Below are positions 46,772 through 56,871 of a DNA stretch of 64,000 bases, in pieces; within the stretch, counting starts at the first letter, position 1; every line of letters starts with the position of its first letter. Origin of the DNA: an uncultured Brachyspira sp. GTDB lineage: Bacteria > Spirochaetota > Brachyspiria > Brachyspirales > Brachyspiraceae. The stretch covers positions 13,073 to 77,072 of the forward strand of contig NZ_CALXKQ010000011.1 in the NCBI RefSeq assembly GCF_944388875.1, in the 5' to 3' direction. The notes below the pieces were generated by a model that was not told where the DNA came from, did not search any database, and saw nothing but the letters and a program-made list of their open reading frames with translations. The translations under genes and the position numbers were made by a program.

Positions 46772-48892
46772 TTATTTTATACTAGCAATTCCTTCAACCT
46801 TATAACCCTGTGCTATTTCAGTAGTAGCTATAACCTTATACTTTCCAACATTCTTGGATATGAATTGGAATAGAGGTCTTCTAATTAAAGGAGAAGTTAA
46901 AAATACTATATCATCAACTCCATTTTCATTAACAAGTTTAACTGCATCTTTTATATTTTTAATCAAGTTCTGCATGCTTTCAAAACTCATAGCAATCATC
47001 TGAGAACCCTGTATATTTCCAGTATTTGCTAAGTTCTGAGCTATATTGTTTTGCAGCTGCTGACTTAAAGTAATAACCCTTATATTTTTATTTTGATCTG
47101 CAACCATCTGCGATATTTGAGGAGCTAATCTGCTTCTAACAAGTTCAGTAGCCTGTTCGCTTCCCATCATAGATATAGCATCAGCAACACCTTCTAATAT
47201 TGCAACGCTGTTCTTAATAGGCACTTCCTCCTGAAGAAGATTCTGCAATACTTTCTGTATGTATCCAAGAGGACTTTCATTATGAGGCTTAGCAGCAAGT
47301 ACTTCAGATACAAGAGCTTTATGATCATCTTTGATACGATCAAGCATATTCTGTACTTCTTCACGTCCGATAAGAAGATTAGCATTTCTCTTAATTGTTT
47401 CGCTGAAGTGAGTAGCTATAACCGCTGTAGGATCAAATAACATAAATCCTTTTTTGGCAGCCATATCCCTCTCATCAACATGTATCCAATAAGCAGGAAG
47501 CCCAAATGAAGGGTCTTTAACTTTTTCACAATCCGGAGAAGGCTCTTCCTGTACATTAGAGTTTAAAGCCAAAAGCATTTTAGGTCTTACAAAACCTTTA
47601 GCAACTTCTGTACCATTAATACTAATAGTATATTCATCCTGATCTATAACTGTATTATCAAGAATTCTTACTGGAGGCACAGCAAGCCCAATCTCTAATG
47701 CTAACTCTCTTCTAACCTGAGTTATTCTATGTATCAAATCACCGCCCTGATCCTCTAATGCTAACGGAACCAATGATGTAGCTATGGAAAGCTCTATCTT
47801 CTCAACTTTCAAATACTGACTTACATCTAAAGGACCTCTCTGTGTCTGTTCAGCATCTGCAGTCTTTGTACCATCTTCATTAAGACCTAATTCCTGCTGT
47901 TCTTTTCTTAATGCATAGCCTGCTAAGAATAATGCTAATGCTATAACAAATAATGCTATTTTTGGAAATCCAGGTAAAAGCATTAGAAAGAAAGCAAAAC
48001 CTGCACCTATGAATAAGTTTTTAGGTTTAGCAAAAACCTGTACAGCAATCTGAGTGGATAAATTATCCTCGCTGCTGCTTCTAGTTACAAGCAAACCAGT
48101 AGCAAAACTCATAAAAAACGAAGGTATCTGACTTACCAAACCATCGCCGACTGTAAAGCGTGTATAAGCATCAGCAGCCTGAGCAAAAGGCTCTCCTCTC
48201 ATAGTCATACCTATGATGAGTCCGCCTACTATATTTATAATAGTGATTATGATACCAGCTATAACGTCCCCTTGTACAAATTTTGAAGCACCGTCCATAG
48301 TACCATAAAAATCACTCTCGCTTCTTATCTTTTTTCTCTTATCTTCAGCTTCTTTATCAGTAATAGCTCCAGCCTGAAGTTCGCTTTCTACTGCCATCAT
48401 CTTTGAAGGCATACTATCCAAAGCAAATCTTGCTGCTACTTCTGATACCCTTGTCGCACCTTTTGTGATAACAACGAATTGTACTATTATAAGTATTATA
48501 AATATTACAACACCTACAACTATATTATTTCCAACTACAAACTCAGCAAATGATGTGATAACTTTACCATTAAAATTAGTACCCTGTGTTAGAATTGCCC
48601 TTGTTGTAGATACGTTTAATGCCAGTCTGAATGCAGTCATAACAAGCAGAACTGAAGGAAATACACTAAACTCACTTGCACTTTTCAAACTTAATACCAT
48701 AAGAAGTATTAAAAGCGATATTACTATATTTACTATAAGCAAAAAGTCCAATATCATTGAAGGCAATGGTATAATGAGCATCATTATTACCATAACCGCA
48801 CCTACAGCAAACATTATATCACTATGTCTGCTTATATTAGCAGGCAGTTTTATCGAATCCAAAATTGATTTAGCACTATTCATTGTTGCCAC
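46772..48892 (-). CDS. flhA: Flagellar export gate protein FlhA
   Basis: FPSVLL, RVSEVAARFALDSMPSKMMA, FYGTMDGASKFVQGD, GDGLVSQIP. Confidence 0.97.
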   Translation of the reverse strand: MATMNSAKSILDSIKLPANISRHSDIMFAVGAVMVIMMLIIPLPSMILDFLLIVNIVISLLILLMVLSLKSASEFSVFPSVLLVMTAFRLALNVSTTRAILTQGTNFNGKVITSFAEFVVGNNIVVGVVIFIILIIVQFVVITKGATRVSEVAARFALDSMPSKMMAVESELQAGAITDKEAEDKRKKIRSESDFYGTMDGASKFVQGDVIAGIIITIINIVGGLIIGMTMRGEPFAQAADAYTRFTVGDGLVSQIPSFFMSFATGLLVTRSSSEDNLSTQIAVQVFAKPKNLFIGAGFAFFLMLLPGFPKIALFVIALALFLAGYALRKEQQELGLNEDGTKTADAEQTQRGPLDVSQYLKVEKIELSIATSLVPLALEDQGGDLIHRITQVRRELALEIGLAVPPVRILDNTVIDQDEYTISINGTEVAKGFVRPKMLLALNSNVQEEPSPDCEKVKDPSFGLPAYWIHVDERDMAAKKGFMLFDPTAVIATHFSETIKRNANLLIGREEVQNMLDRIKDDHKALVSEVLAAKPHNESPLGYIQKVLQNLLQEEVPIKNSVAILEGVADAISMMGSEQATELVRSRLAPQISQMVADQNKNIRVITLSQQLQNNIAQNLANTGNIQGSQMIAMSFESMQNLIKNIKDAVKLVNENGVDDIVFLTSPLIRRPLFQFISKNVGKYKVIATTEIAQGYKVEGIASIK

Positions 48893-48904
48893 TATTTATT
48901 CCTC

Positions 48905-50104
48905 CTATATAGCCCTTGCCATTTTTTCATTGCGTATTCTATATACTTCACCAAGTATTTTTGAAACAACATGAAATAATTTTTCAGGTATATACTGTCC
49001 TATTTCCACATTATAAAATAACTCGCGGGCTAAAGGTTTATTCTCTACTATTTGAACATCATTATTTTTAGCTATTTCTTTTATTTTTAAAGCTATATTA
49101 TCAGCTCCCTTAGCTGTTACTATAGGAGCATAATCTCCGCTTTCATATTTCAAAGCAACTGCAAAGTGAGTCGGGTTTGTAATCACAACATCAGCTTCAG
49201 GAACAGATTTAAGCATTGTTCTGCTTACTATTTTTCTAGCCATATCCTGCAATTGACTTTTTACTAAAGGATCTCCTTCCATCTCCTTAAACTCTTCTTT
49301 CATCTCATGCTTTGTCATTTTCAAGCTATTAATATACTGCCTTCTTTGAAAGAAGTAATCGAAAGCAGATACTATTATCATAAATATAATTACCTTAGCA
49401 AGCATCTCCAACACTATAAAGAAAAATACATGCATAGCCTGATTTAATTCCATATTAGTCATATAAAATAACTCGCTACTCTTTCCGTATATAGTGCTGA
49501 AAGTTAATAATGATATTACAATCATTTTGAAAAGTATTTTTGCTAAATTCATCAAGTTCTGTGAAGAAATAAATACTCTCTCTTTGAAGTTTGACCAAGT
49601 AGGTGCTATTCTTTTGAAATTAGGTTTTAATTTTTTAGTTGTAAATAAGAATTTAGTTTGTGCTAAATTGACTCCAACACCAACTACCAAAGCAACAACT
49701 AAAACTATTCCAGCCGTTTTTGCAATTAATTCAAATATTTCAAGCATCATATCAGGCAAGGCGTTCATATTCATAGTAGTGTCCGCCGATGATATTTTAT
49801 TTAATATTGTAATAAAAAACTGAGCAACTGTATGAGTTAAATAAGTTGTAAGTAATGCTATAACAGCTATTGTTACGGCTAATACTAATGTTTGATTTAT
49901 TTCAACAGAGTTTACAACACGTCCTTCCTCTTCTCTTGCCTTTCTTTTCTTTCTCTCAGTAGGAAGTTCTGTTCTTCCTTCATCTTCAGCGGATGCAAAT
50001 AATGTTAATACAAAACCTTTCCCTGTAAACTTTAAATATTTTCTGTAAAGTCTTGCTTTGAATATAATTAATATTTCTAGTATAGAAGATATTATATTTT
50101 TCAT
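48905..50104 (-). CDS. flhB: Flagellar export switch protein FlhB with N-terminal extension
   Basis: EGRTELPT.RK, KMTKHEMKEEFKEMEGDP, VITNPTHFAVAL autocleavage motif; ATGA overlap with fliR. Confidence 0.95.
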   Translation of the reverse strand: MKNIISSILEILIIFKARLYRKYLKFTGKGFVLTLFASAEDEGRTELPTERKKRKAREEEGRVVNSVEINQTLVLAVTIAVIALLTTYLTHTVAQFFITILNKISSADTTMNMNALPDMMLEIFELIAKTAGIVLVVALVVGVGVNLAQTKFLFTTKKLKPNFKRIAPTWSNFKERVFISSQNLMNLAKILFKMIVISLLTFSTIYGKSSELFYMTNMELNQAMHVFFFIVLEMLAKVIIFMIIVSAFDYFFQRRQYINSLKMTKHEMKEEFKEMEGDPLVKSQLQDMARKIVSRTMLKSVPEADVVITNPTHFAVALKYESGDYAPIVTAKGADNIALKIKEIAKNNDVQIVENKPLARELFYNVEIGQYIPEKLFHVVSKILGEVYRIRNEKMARAI

Positions 50105-50904
50105 ATAGTACCTCCTGATAAGAAAGTAATTACATTATTTACATCAGATATAGTATATTCCAATATTTTCATAAAATTAGAAACTAAAACTGGTATTAAT
50201 ATATAATAAGTTATTATTCCAACAGCTATCTGCATAGGAAAACCAAGCATCAAAACATTCATTTGAGGAGCTGCTTTTGCCAATAACCCTAAACTTAATG
50301 ATAATAAAAACAATGTAAGCATTATAGGCAATGCAAGTGAAAGAGCTATGGAGAATAATGAACTCATATAATATATCATTCTGTCTATAACTCCATTAAA
50401 TGATGACATAAACACAGCCTTAGATGCATCGCTTAATACTGGCATAGATTTAAAGCTGTAAAATAAAGTTCTTACTACCCAGCTAGGTCCGTCTATAGCT
50501 ATAAATATTAATATTACTATCAAAGACTGAAGCTGTCCTAATACTGGAACAGTAACCTGAGATATTGGGTCAACAGTTTCTGATATACCAAATCCCATTT
50601 GTATTTCAAAGAAATTTGCCATAACCTGATAAGCGGCAAATATTATTGACATTAAAAATCCTATCAATATTCCAATAAGTGCCTCATTTACAAGTGTTAA
50701 AAAGTATTCAACAAATGTAGGAGCAGCCTGAACATTTGTATCAGCAACCAATGGAAATATAGTAGCAGTAGCGATAAATGCTAAAGCCATCTTTATACTA
50801 TTAGGTATAACATTAGAAGAAAATAATGGAGCTACCATAAGAATAGCTGCAAATCTTACCATAATGAGCAGGTAAATCTGAAAGAAATTAACAAAATTAT
50901 CCAT
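50101..50904 (-). CDS. fliR: Flagellar export protein FliR
   Basis: VRFAAILMVAPLFSS, IQMGFG, AAPQMNVLMLGFP. Confidence 0.95.
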   Translation of the reverse strand: MDNFVNFFQIYLLIMVRFAAILMVAPLFSSNVIPNSIKMALAFIATATIFPLVADTNVQAAPTFVEYFLTLVNEALIGILIGFLMSIIFAAYQVMANFFEIQMGFGISETVDPISQVTVPVLGQLQSLIVILIFIAIDGPSWVVRTLFYSFKSMPVLSDASKAVFMSSFNGVIDRMIYYMSSLFSIALSLALPIMLTLFLLSLSLGLLAKAAPQMNVLMLGFPMQIAVGIITYYILIPVLVSNFMKILEYTISDVNNVITFLSGGTI

Positions 50905-50941
50905 TATTCCTAACCTAACCTATTTATTCCAATATAAACTA

Positions 50942-51211
50942 TTATCTAGCTATAGTTGGAAGTATACTAAATAATCTAACCGTAAAAGCACTTGTATAAT
51001 TAAGCATCCAAGAAGCCAATACATATATAACAGCAAGCATCGCTATCATTTTTGGAACAAATGTTAATGTTTGTTCCTGAATACTTGTAGTAGCCTGAAG
51101 TATTGATATTATCAAACCTACTATTATTGATATTCCTAAAACGGGGGCAGAAAGAAGCATAAATACCCATAAAGTTTCCTGCACCAAAACAATAATCGAA
51201 GTATCACCCAT
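50942..51211 (-). CDS. fliQ: Flagellar export protein FliQ
   Basis: GLIISILQATTSIQEQTLTFVPK. Confidence 0.96.
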   Translation of the reverse strand: MGDTSIIVLVQETLWVFMLLSAPVLGISIIVGLIISILQATTSIQEQTLTFVPKMIAMLAVIYVLASWMLNYTSAFTVRLFSILPTIAR

Positions 51212-51254
51212 AAAAATTCCTTAAATTATATTGCTATATAAAGTTCAAAATACC

Positions 51255-52043
51255 CTATCTAAAACTTTGTACTATCTGTAATATTAATAACTTCCATCCG
51301 TCAACCGCTACAAATAATATTATTTTAAGCGGCAAAGATATCATAATAGGCGGAAGCATTATCATACCCATAGCCATAAGTACAGAAGCAACAACCAAAT
51401 CTATAACAATAAATGGTATAAATAAATATATGCCCATTTTAAATGCTATAGTAAGTTCATTTATAATAAATGCAGGTATCACCACAATAGTTGGTATCCT
51501 ATTTAAATCATCAACAGTTTGAATCTCTCTAAGTCTTATATCAGTATTGCTTATGCTTAAAAATAAATCCAAACTCTTCATTCCATTTTCACCTCTTAAA
51601 GAGTTGAACATAAACATTCTTACAGGCTGTATCCCTCTGCTGTATAATTCATTAACACCTATAGAGCCATTTAGATACGGCTGAAGAGCCTCATTATTTA
51701 CCTGAGTCAAAGTAGGCATCATAATAAAAAATGTCAAAAACAAAGAAAGCCCCATTATTAATGCTCTTGGAGGCGTTTCCTGTAATGACAAAGCCCTTTG
51801 TACAAAACTTAATACTATTGAAACTCTTATAAAGCTTGTAGTCATTATTATAATAGACGGAGATAAAGATAATATAGTCAAAAGGAATAATATTTGAAGT
51901 CCTAAACTTACCTGCTGAGGAGTTTGTGCCTGAGCTACATTCAATCCTATTGTAGGTATTGGTATTTGGGTATTATCTTGAGCATAAGCAGCTATCGGCA
52001 TAAGTAAACATAATACCAAAAATACCATAAGAAACTTTCGCAT
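51255..52043 (-). CDS. fliP: Flagellar export protein FliP
   Basis: LSLSPSIIIMTTSFIR, FKMGIYLFIPFIVIDLVVASVLMAMGMIMLPP, FVAVDGW. Confidence 0.97.
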   Translation of the reverse strand: MRKFLMVFLVLCLLMPIAAYAQDNTQIPIPTIGLNVAQAQTPQQVSLGLQILFLLTILSLSPSIIIMTTSFIRVSIVLSFVQRALSLQETPPRALIMGLSLFLTFFIMMPTLTQVNNEALQPYLNGSIGVNELYSRGIQPVRMFMFNSLRGENGMKSLDLFLSISNTDIRLREIQTVDDLNRIPTIVVIPAFIINELTIAFKMGIYLFIPFIVIDLVVASVLMAMGMIMLPPIMISLPLKIILFVAVDGWKLLILQIVQSFR

Positions 52044-52116
52044 CTGAGAACTCCAATTCTATAAATTTTTTCTAATCTTTTTTCTTCTTAAAACGATAAT
52101 CCTTACAACAGAAATA

Positions 52117-52145
52117 AAGTTAACATATTATCATAAAATAGTCAA
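52117..52145 (-). promoter_or_regulatory. Putative sigma70 promoter upstream of fliP
   Basis: TTGACT (52140-52145), 17 nt ending TGT, TAACTT (52117-52122). Confidence 0.5.
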
Positions 52146-52249
52146 GTATTATGTTAACTAAATTATACCTCAATATAAATTTTTTACCCGCACAATCAAT
52201 GACTTTAAGCTGTATACAGTATATATAAATTCTATATACAGTATTTATT

Positions 52250-52750
52250 TTAAATAAATAAAGCCATCATATAGCAATCATAATAAATTCCGTCTATACA
52301 AAAAAAGTCCTTTAACTCACCTTCTATTACAAATCCCATGTTTTTATACAATTTTAATGCCCTTTCATTGTCGGTTCTAACTGTTAATTCTATTTTTTTT
52401 ATAGAATTATTTTTACAATAGTTTACAGCATTAGAAATCAGCTCTTTAGCTATGCCCATTCCCCAATATTCTTTCAATACGCTTATTCCAAGATTAACTC
52501 TATGCCTTACTCTTATCTTATCAACACCTTTCAAATTGCATATACCAGCTATTTTTTTATTAATTTCATATAAAAACATCTTAGTTGTTATACTTTTTTG
52601 TATGCTTTGTAAAAATTCCTCCTCTTTTTTTATATCAAGTTCCCTTTCATCAGCTCCAGACATCAAAAAATTTGTTTCATCTGATACTTTTTTAATATAT
52701 TCTACAACAATTTCAGCATCCTCTATATGAGCTTCTCTTATATTACCCAT
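52250..52750 (-). CDS. GNAT-family acetyltransferase
   Basis: LGISVLKEYWGMGIA, N.RALKLYKNMGFVIEG. Confidence 0.9.
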   Translation of the reverse strand: MGNIREAHIEDAEIVVEYIKKVSDETNFLMSGADERELDIKKEEEFLQSIQKSITTKMFLYEINKKIAGICNLKGVDKIRVRHRVNLGISVLKEYWGMGIAKELISNAVNYCKNNSIKKIELTVRTDNERALKLYKNMGFVIEGELKDFFCIDGIYYDCYMMALFI

Positions 52751-52774
52751 AAATACTTAAACCTGCAATAAAAA

Positions 52775-52801
52775 TTATCGGATTTTATTATGTAAACTGT
52801 A
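52775..52801 (-). promoter_or_regulatory. Putative sigma28 promoter upstream of the GNAT gene
   Basis: Minus strand TACAGTTT-N11-TCCGATAA against consensus TAAAGTTT-N11-GCCGATAA. Confidence 0.55.
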
Positions 52802-52947
52802 ATATGATAACTTATTTTTTCTTTTTTGCAAATAATTTTTTTCATATTTTTATACTTTTAATAGCATTATAATGCATTTCTTATTTTACTATTATAGTTT
52901 TTCTAAGTTATTTTATAAATAAATATTCTTAGGATGTAATTTAACTT

Positions 52948-53673
52948 ATGATAAGAAAATTAAAGTTTTTAAGCATCATTTTTGTTTTTTTTATTAAAAT
53001 TATATACGCTAATAATAGCGGATACGAAAATATATTGGATGAAAAAACATATATATTAGACAATTTATACAAAAATGAAAATATAACTATAATATTTGAT
53101 AAAAACGGTATAAGCGGAAAAGGTGTTATAAATAAATATAATGCTTTTTTCTCTTTAAATGATAAAAATATTCAAATAAAAAATATTTCAACTACTAAAA
53201 TGACAGGTCCTGAATATTTAATGAATATAGAAAATGAATATTTAAATTTACTTTCAAATGCTGAAAATATAGAGATAAGAGGAAATATTCTAACTATAAA
53301 AACAAAAGATAATAAAGAATTAATATTTAAAGAGAAAGCTAATTTATCTGTAAATTATTTAAACGGTAAAGAATTTACATTAAAAAATGAGTTTAATAAT
53401 TCTAACATAACTATTTATTTTACTAAAAATCATATATATGGTTATAATAATAGTGATAGATATTTATCATCTTATTATACAATAAATGATGATAAAATAT
53501 CAATAAAAGATATAAAATTACTAGAAAGCAGTAAAGACGATAAAGAATATACTGAAGAAAATAAATATATAAAGTTATTTGCAAATGTATATAAAATAAA
53601 TTTGGATAATGATAATTTAATTTTAACTACTAAAGACAAAAAAGAAAGACTGATTTATAAGATGAAATTTTAA
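52948..53673 (+). CDS. Secreted protein with two META (HslJ-like) domains
   Basis: Signal peptide; ITIIFDKNGISGKGVINKY...STTKMTGP..LMNIENEYL.LL...LTI; second similar domain. Confidence 0.75.
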   Translation: MIRKLKFLSIIFVFFIKIIYANNSGYENILDEKTYILDNLYKNENITIIFDKNGISGKGVINKYNAFFSLNDKNIQIKNISTTKMTGPEYLMNIENEYLNLLSNAENIEIRGNILTIKTKDNKELIFKEKANLSVNYLNGKEFTLKNEFNNSNITIYFTKNHIYGYNNSDRYLSSYYTINDDKISIKDIKLLESSKDDKEYTEENKYIKLFANVYKINLDNDNLILTTKDKKERLIYKMKF

Positions 53674-53734
53674 TTTTTTATAAATGTTAATAAAGCAATT
53701 ATTCATTATTATCAGACTCCTAACACTATTATTG

Positions 53735-53768
53735 ATGGGCTTGTGATTTTCCTTAATCATAAGCCCAT
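53735..53768 (+). terminator. Strong hairpin after the META gene
   Basis: ATGGGCTTGTGATT-ttcctt-AATCATAAGCCCAT, 14-bp stem with one G-U pair. Confidence 0.6.
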
Positions 53769-53817
53769 TGTTATATTTATAAAAAACATATTTTTGAATT
53801 TTATTAAAAGTAAAAAT

Positions 53818-54186
53818 ATAAAAAAACACTATTATTACTATTATTATTAACTGCAATATTTTTATCATCATGCTCAAAACAAAAAAGAATATTATTTAAC
53901 AAGCAATACAAAAATAACAATTGGATTTAGAAACAGTAATGTTTATGGAAATGCTGGTATCAACATATATTTTACCTCATATTCTATAAGAAATAATAAA
54001 ATAATTTTAGTAGCAGCTTTAATGTCTAGAAATGAAGAAGATATAAAAAATGAAGAAGCTTTCTTAAGTGATTTATTAAAAGTAAATTCTGTATCATTAA
54101 ATAACAATGAGTTAACTATAAAAACATATAAAAATAAAGAATTAGTATTCAAAGAAATAGCATTAACAATAATACTTTATGCATAA
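53818..54186 (+). pseudogene. Decayed META-domain lipoprotein gene
   Basis: Frame from 53820 gives KKTLLLLLLLTAIFLSSCSK (lipobox) with no ATG; frame from 53881 gives KKEYYLTSNTKITIGFRNSNVYGNAGINIYFTSYSI...EEAFLSDLLKVNSVSLNNNELTIKTYKNKELVFKE (META domain); frames differ. Confidence 0.75.
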
Positions 54187-54322
54187 AAACTTCAGATGAC
54201 AACATATTATTATTTAATATGATAAATTAATTTTACAGTTTAAAGTCTATGATGTTATATATAGTATAGCTACAAACGTCATTTGTTGCACTCTTAAGAT
54301 ATATATACAAACCCATTACTTT

Positions 54323-54359
54323 CACTCTATGGAATATAATTTTCATAGAGTGTTTTTTA
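54323..54359 (+). terminator. Intrinsic terminator
   Basis: CACTCTATGGAA-tataat-TTTCATAGAGTG followed by a T run. Confidence 0.65.
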
Positions 54360-54458
54360 TATTATGCCATATACAATCCTATATAAAAATAAAAAAATAT
54401 ATTGATTAATTAAATGATTATTTGTATAATATAAAAAATATATAAATAGGATAATAAA

Positions 54459-56858
54459 TTGAAATTTCTAAAAACAATCTCAAAAAAGTATAATAGTATA
54501 AACATAGAACAATTTAAAAAATTTTATATAATAGTAATAGCTTTAATATTTATTATAAATACATTAGTATTTGCATTTTTACTGTCAGACATAATTATTC
54601 AGCCTGATGTGCAGGCGGTTGAATTATATAAGCCTACAATACCTACAAAAATTTATGATATAAAAGGTGAAGTAATATCAGAATTTTTCACAGAGCAAAG
54701 AGCATTGGTTGAATATAAAGATTTACCTCAGCATTTAATAGAAGCCATAATATCTATGGAAGACAATAATTTTATGAAACATTTTGGAATAGATATTTTC
54801 GGCATATTCAGAGGAACATTGGGAAATATATTAACAGGAAAAAGAGCAAGAGGAGCAAGTACATTAACTCAGCAGGTAGCTAGAAACATAGTTTTAAAAT
54901 CAAGTGAAAGAACTATAATGAGGAAATTAAAAGAAATATGGGTTACATTCCAAATAGAAAAAAGACTTACGAAAGAAGAAATAGTAACTTTATATTTTAA
55001 TCAAATATATTTCGGACATTCAGTTTACGGAGTTCAGGCGGCAAGCAGATTCTATTTTAATAAGGATGTTCAGAATTTAGATTTGGCTGAATGTGCAATG
55101 CTTGCTACACTTCCTCCTGCACCTAATGCCTACTCTCCTATTAATAATCCTAATATATCAATAGCAAGACATAAAGTTGTTCTTAATAGAATGGCTGATT
55201 TAAAATTCATAAGCAGAGAAGAAGCACAAGAAGCACATAAAGAATTCTGGGATACATATACTGGAAAAATAGGAAGAAGAGGCTCAACTGCATACAGTGC
55301 CTCAATAGACAGAGCCCCTTATGTAACAGAATATGTAAGAAGACAGCTTGTAGATAAATACGGAGAAAAAGCATTAAAAGAAGACGGACTTAAAATATAT
55401 ACTACTATAGATATAGAAAAACAAGAAGCCGCTCAAAAATTATTAACTGAAGCATTAGAAGAATATAATAATAAATATGAAGGCGGCTCTATGGATGTTA
55501 TAAATATTTATGACAGAGCAACTATTGATAAAGTAAAAATGCTTTCTATACTATTCAATCTTCCAGAAGATAGTGCTTACAATAAATTCAATATAGCAGT
55601 CAGAGATACATTAAATAAATATACAACTCCTCCATTAGCATTATTCTCAGATATATTTGGAATGGAAGAAGTTAATGACATAACAATGGATGTTATGAAA
55701 GCCGATGAGGCAGAACTTTCAAGACAAATAGAAGGGGCATTAGTATCGATAGACCCTAGAAACGGACATATAGTTTCTATGGTGGGAGGCTCAGGTTTCA
55801 CAGCAAGAAATCAGTTCAATAGAGCAACTCAGGCAAGAAGACAGGCTGGAAGCTCATTCAAGCCTTTTGTATATGCTGCTTCTATGGATGTTACTAATTA
55901 CAGCCCTTCTACAATAGTAAGTGATGCTCCTATTGGTTTTGTTCCTGAGGAAGGTGAAGAAGGGGATGTTTGGATACCTAAAAATTATTCTGGAAATTTT
56001 AAAGGGGATGTTACTCTAAGATATGCATTAGCTGCTTCATTAAATATAGCTACTGTAAATGTTCTAAATTATGTAGGTATTACCAATGCTATAAGATATG
56101 TAGAGCCAATATTCAATGCAGAACCAGATTCTGATAAATCTAAAAGAATGTTTAATCATGATTTAACATTGGGACTTGGTACTGGCTTATTCACTCCTCT
56201 TGAACTTACTACAGGGTTTGCAGAATTTGCTAATGAGGGAAAGGAAGTTGAGCCTATACTTGTCAGATATGTTACCGACAGATATGGAATAGTAATAGAT
56301 AATTTTGAAGAAGAACTTAAAAAACAAATAACATTACGCGGAGGACCAAAACAGGTTATCAGTAAAGAAGTAGCATATATGATAAGCGATATATTAACTG
56401 GAGTATTAAGAGGCGGTACTGCAACAAGTGCAATGTATGAAGCTAAGTTTACTAGAATGGGTGCTGGAAAGACTGGAACATCAAATGATTGGAAAGATGC
56501 TTGGTTTGTAGGATACACTCCTGAGCTTACAACTGGTATATGGATTGGTTTTGACTCATTCAAATATTCATTGGGAAATAATCAGGTTGGAGGAAGAGTT
56601 GCCGCTCCTATATGGGGTAAATATATGGTAGAGGCATTAAAAGAAGTTAAGCCTACTTGGTATAAAAGACCTGAAAACGTTGTAAGCGTAAGAGTATGTG
56701 CTATAAGCGGAAAAATTCCAGGACCTTCATGCTATTCATTTACAACTGATTTATTCATTAAAGATAAAATACCTACTGAAACTTGTGAAGTATGTTCTCA
56801 TTATTTGCAGGATTCAAATGATCTTGATAATATAATAGATTCTTTCCTTAATTATTAA
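54459..56858 (+). CDS. mrcA: Class A penicillin-binding protein (PBP1A type)
   Basis: Transglycosylase EDNNF..H.G, GASTLTQQV, RKLKE; transpeptidase GSSFKP (SxxK), SLN (SxN), GKTGTS. Confidence 0.93.
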   Translation: MKFLKTISKKYNSINIEQFKKFYIIVIALIFIINTLVFAFLLSDIIIQPDVQAVELYKPTIPTKIYDIKGEVISEFFTEQRALVEYKDLPQHLIEAIISMEDNNFMKHFGIDIFGIFRGTLGNILTGKRARGASTLTQQVARNIVLKSSERTIMRKLKEIWVTFQIEKRLTKEEIVTLYFNQIYFGHSVYGVQAASRFYFNKDVQNLDLAECAMLATLPPAPNAYSPINNPNISIARHKVVLNRMADLKFISREEAQEAHKEFWDTYTGKIGRRGSTAYSASIDRAPYVTEYVRRQLVDKYGEKALKEDGLKIYTTIDIEKQEAAQKLLTEALEEYNNKYEGGSMDVINIYDRATIDKVKMLSILFNLPEDSAYNKFNIAVRDTLNKYTTPPLALFSDIFGMEEVNDITMDVMKADEAELSRQIEGALVSIDPRNGHIVSMVGGSGFTARNQFNRATQARRQAGSSFKPFVYAASMDVTNYSPSTIVSDAPIGFVPEEGEEGDVWIPKNYSGNFKGDVTLRYALAASLNIATVNVLNYVGITNAIRYVEPIFNAEPDSDKSKRMFNHDLTLGLGTGLFTPLELTTGFAEFANEGKEVEPILVRYVTDRYGIVIDNFEEELKKQITLRGGPKQVISKEVAYMISDILTGVLRGGTATSAMYEAKFTRMGAGKTGTSNDWKDAWFVGYTPELTTGIWIGFDSFKYSLGNNQVGGRVAAPIWGKYMVEALKEVKPTWYKRPENVVSVRVCAISGKIPGPSCYSFTTDLFIKDKIPTETCEVCSHYLQDSNDLDNIIDSFLNY

Positions 56859-56871
56859 AGGAATATATATA

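Noticed and set aside
53623-54152. Minus-strand ORFs 53623-53877 and 53943-54152
   Set aside because: Antisense to the plus-strand META pseudogene; no independent features
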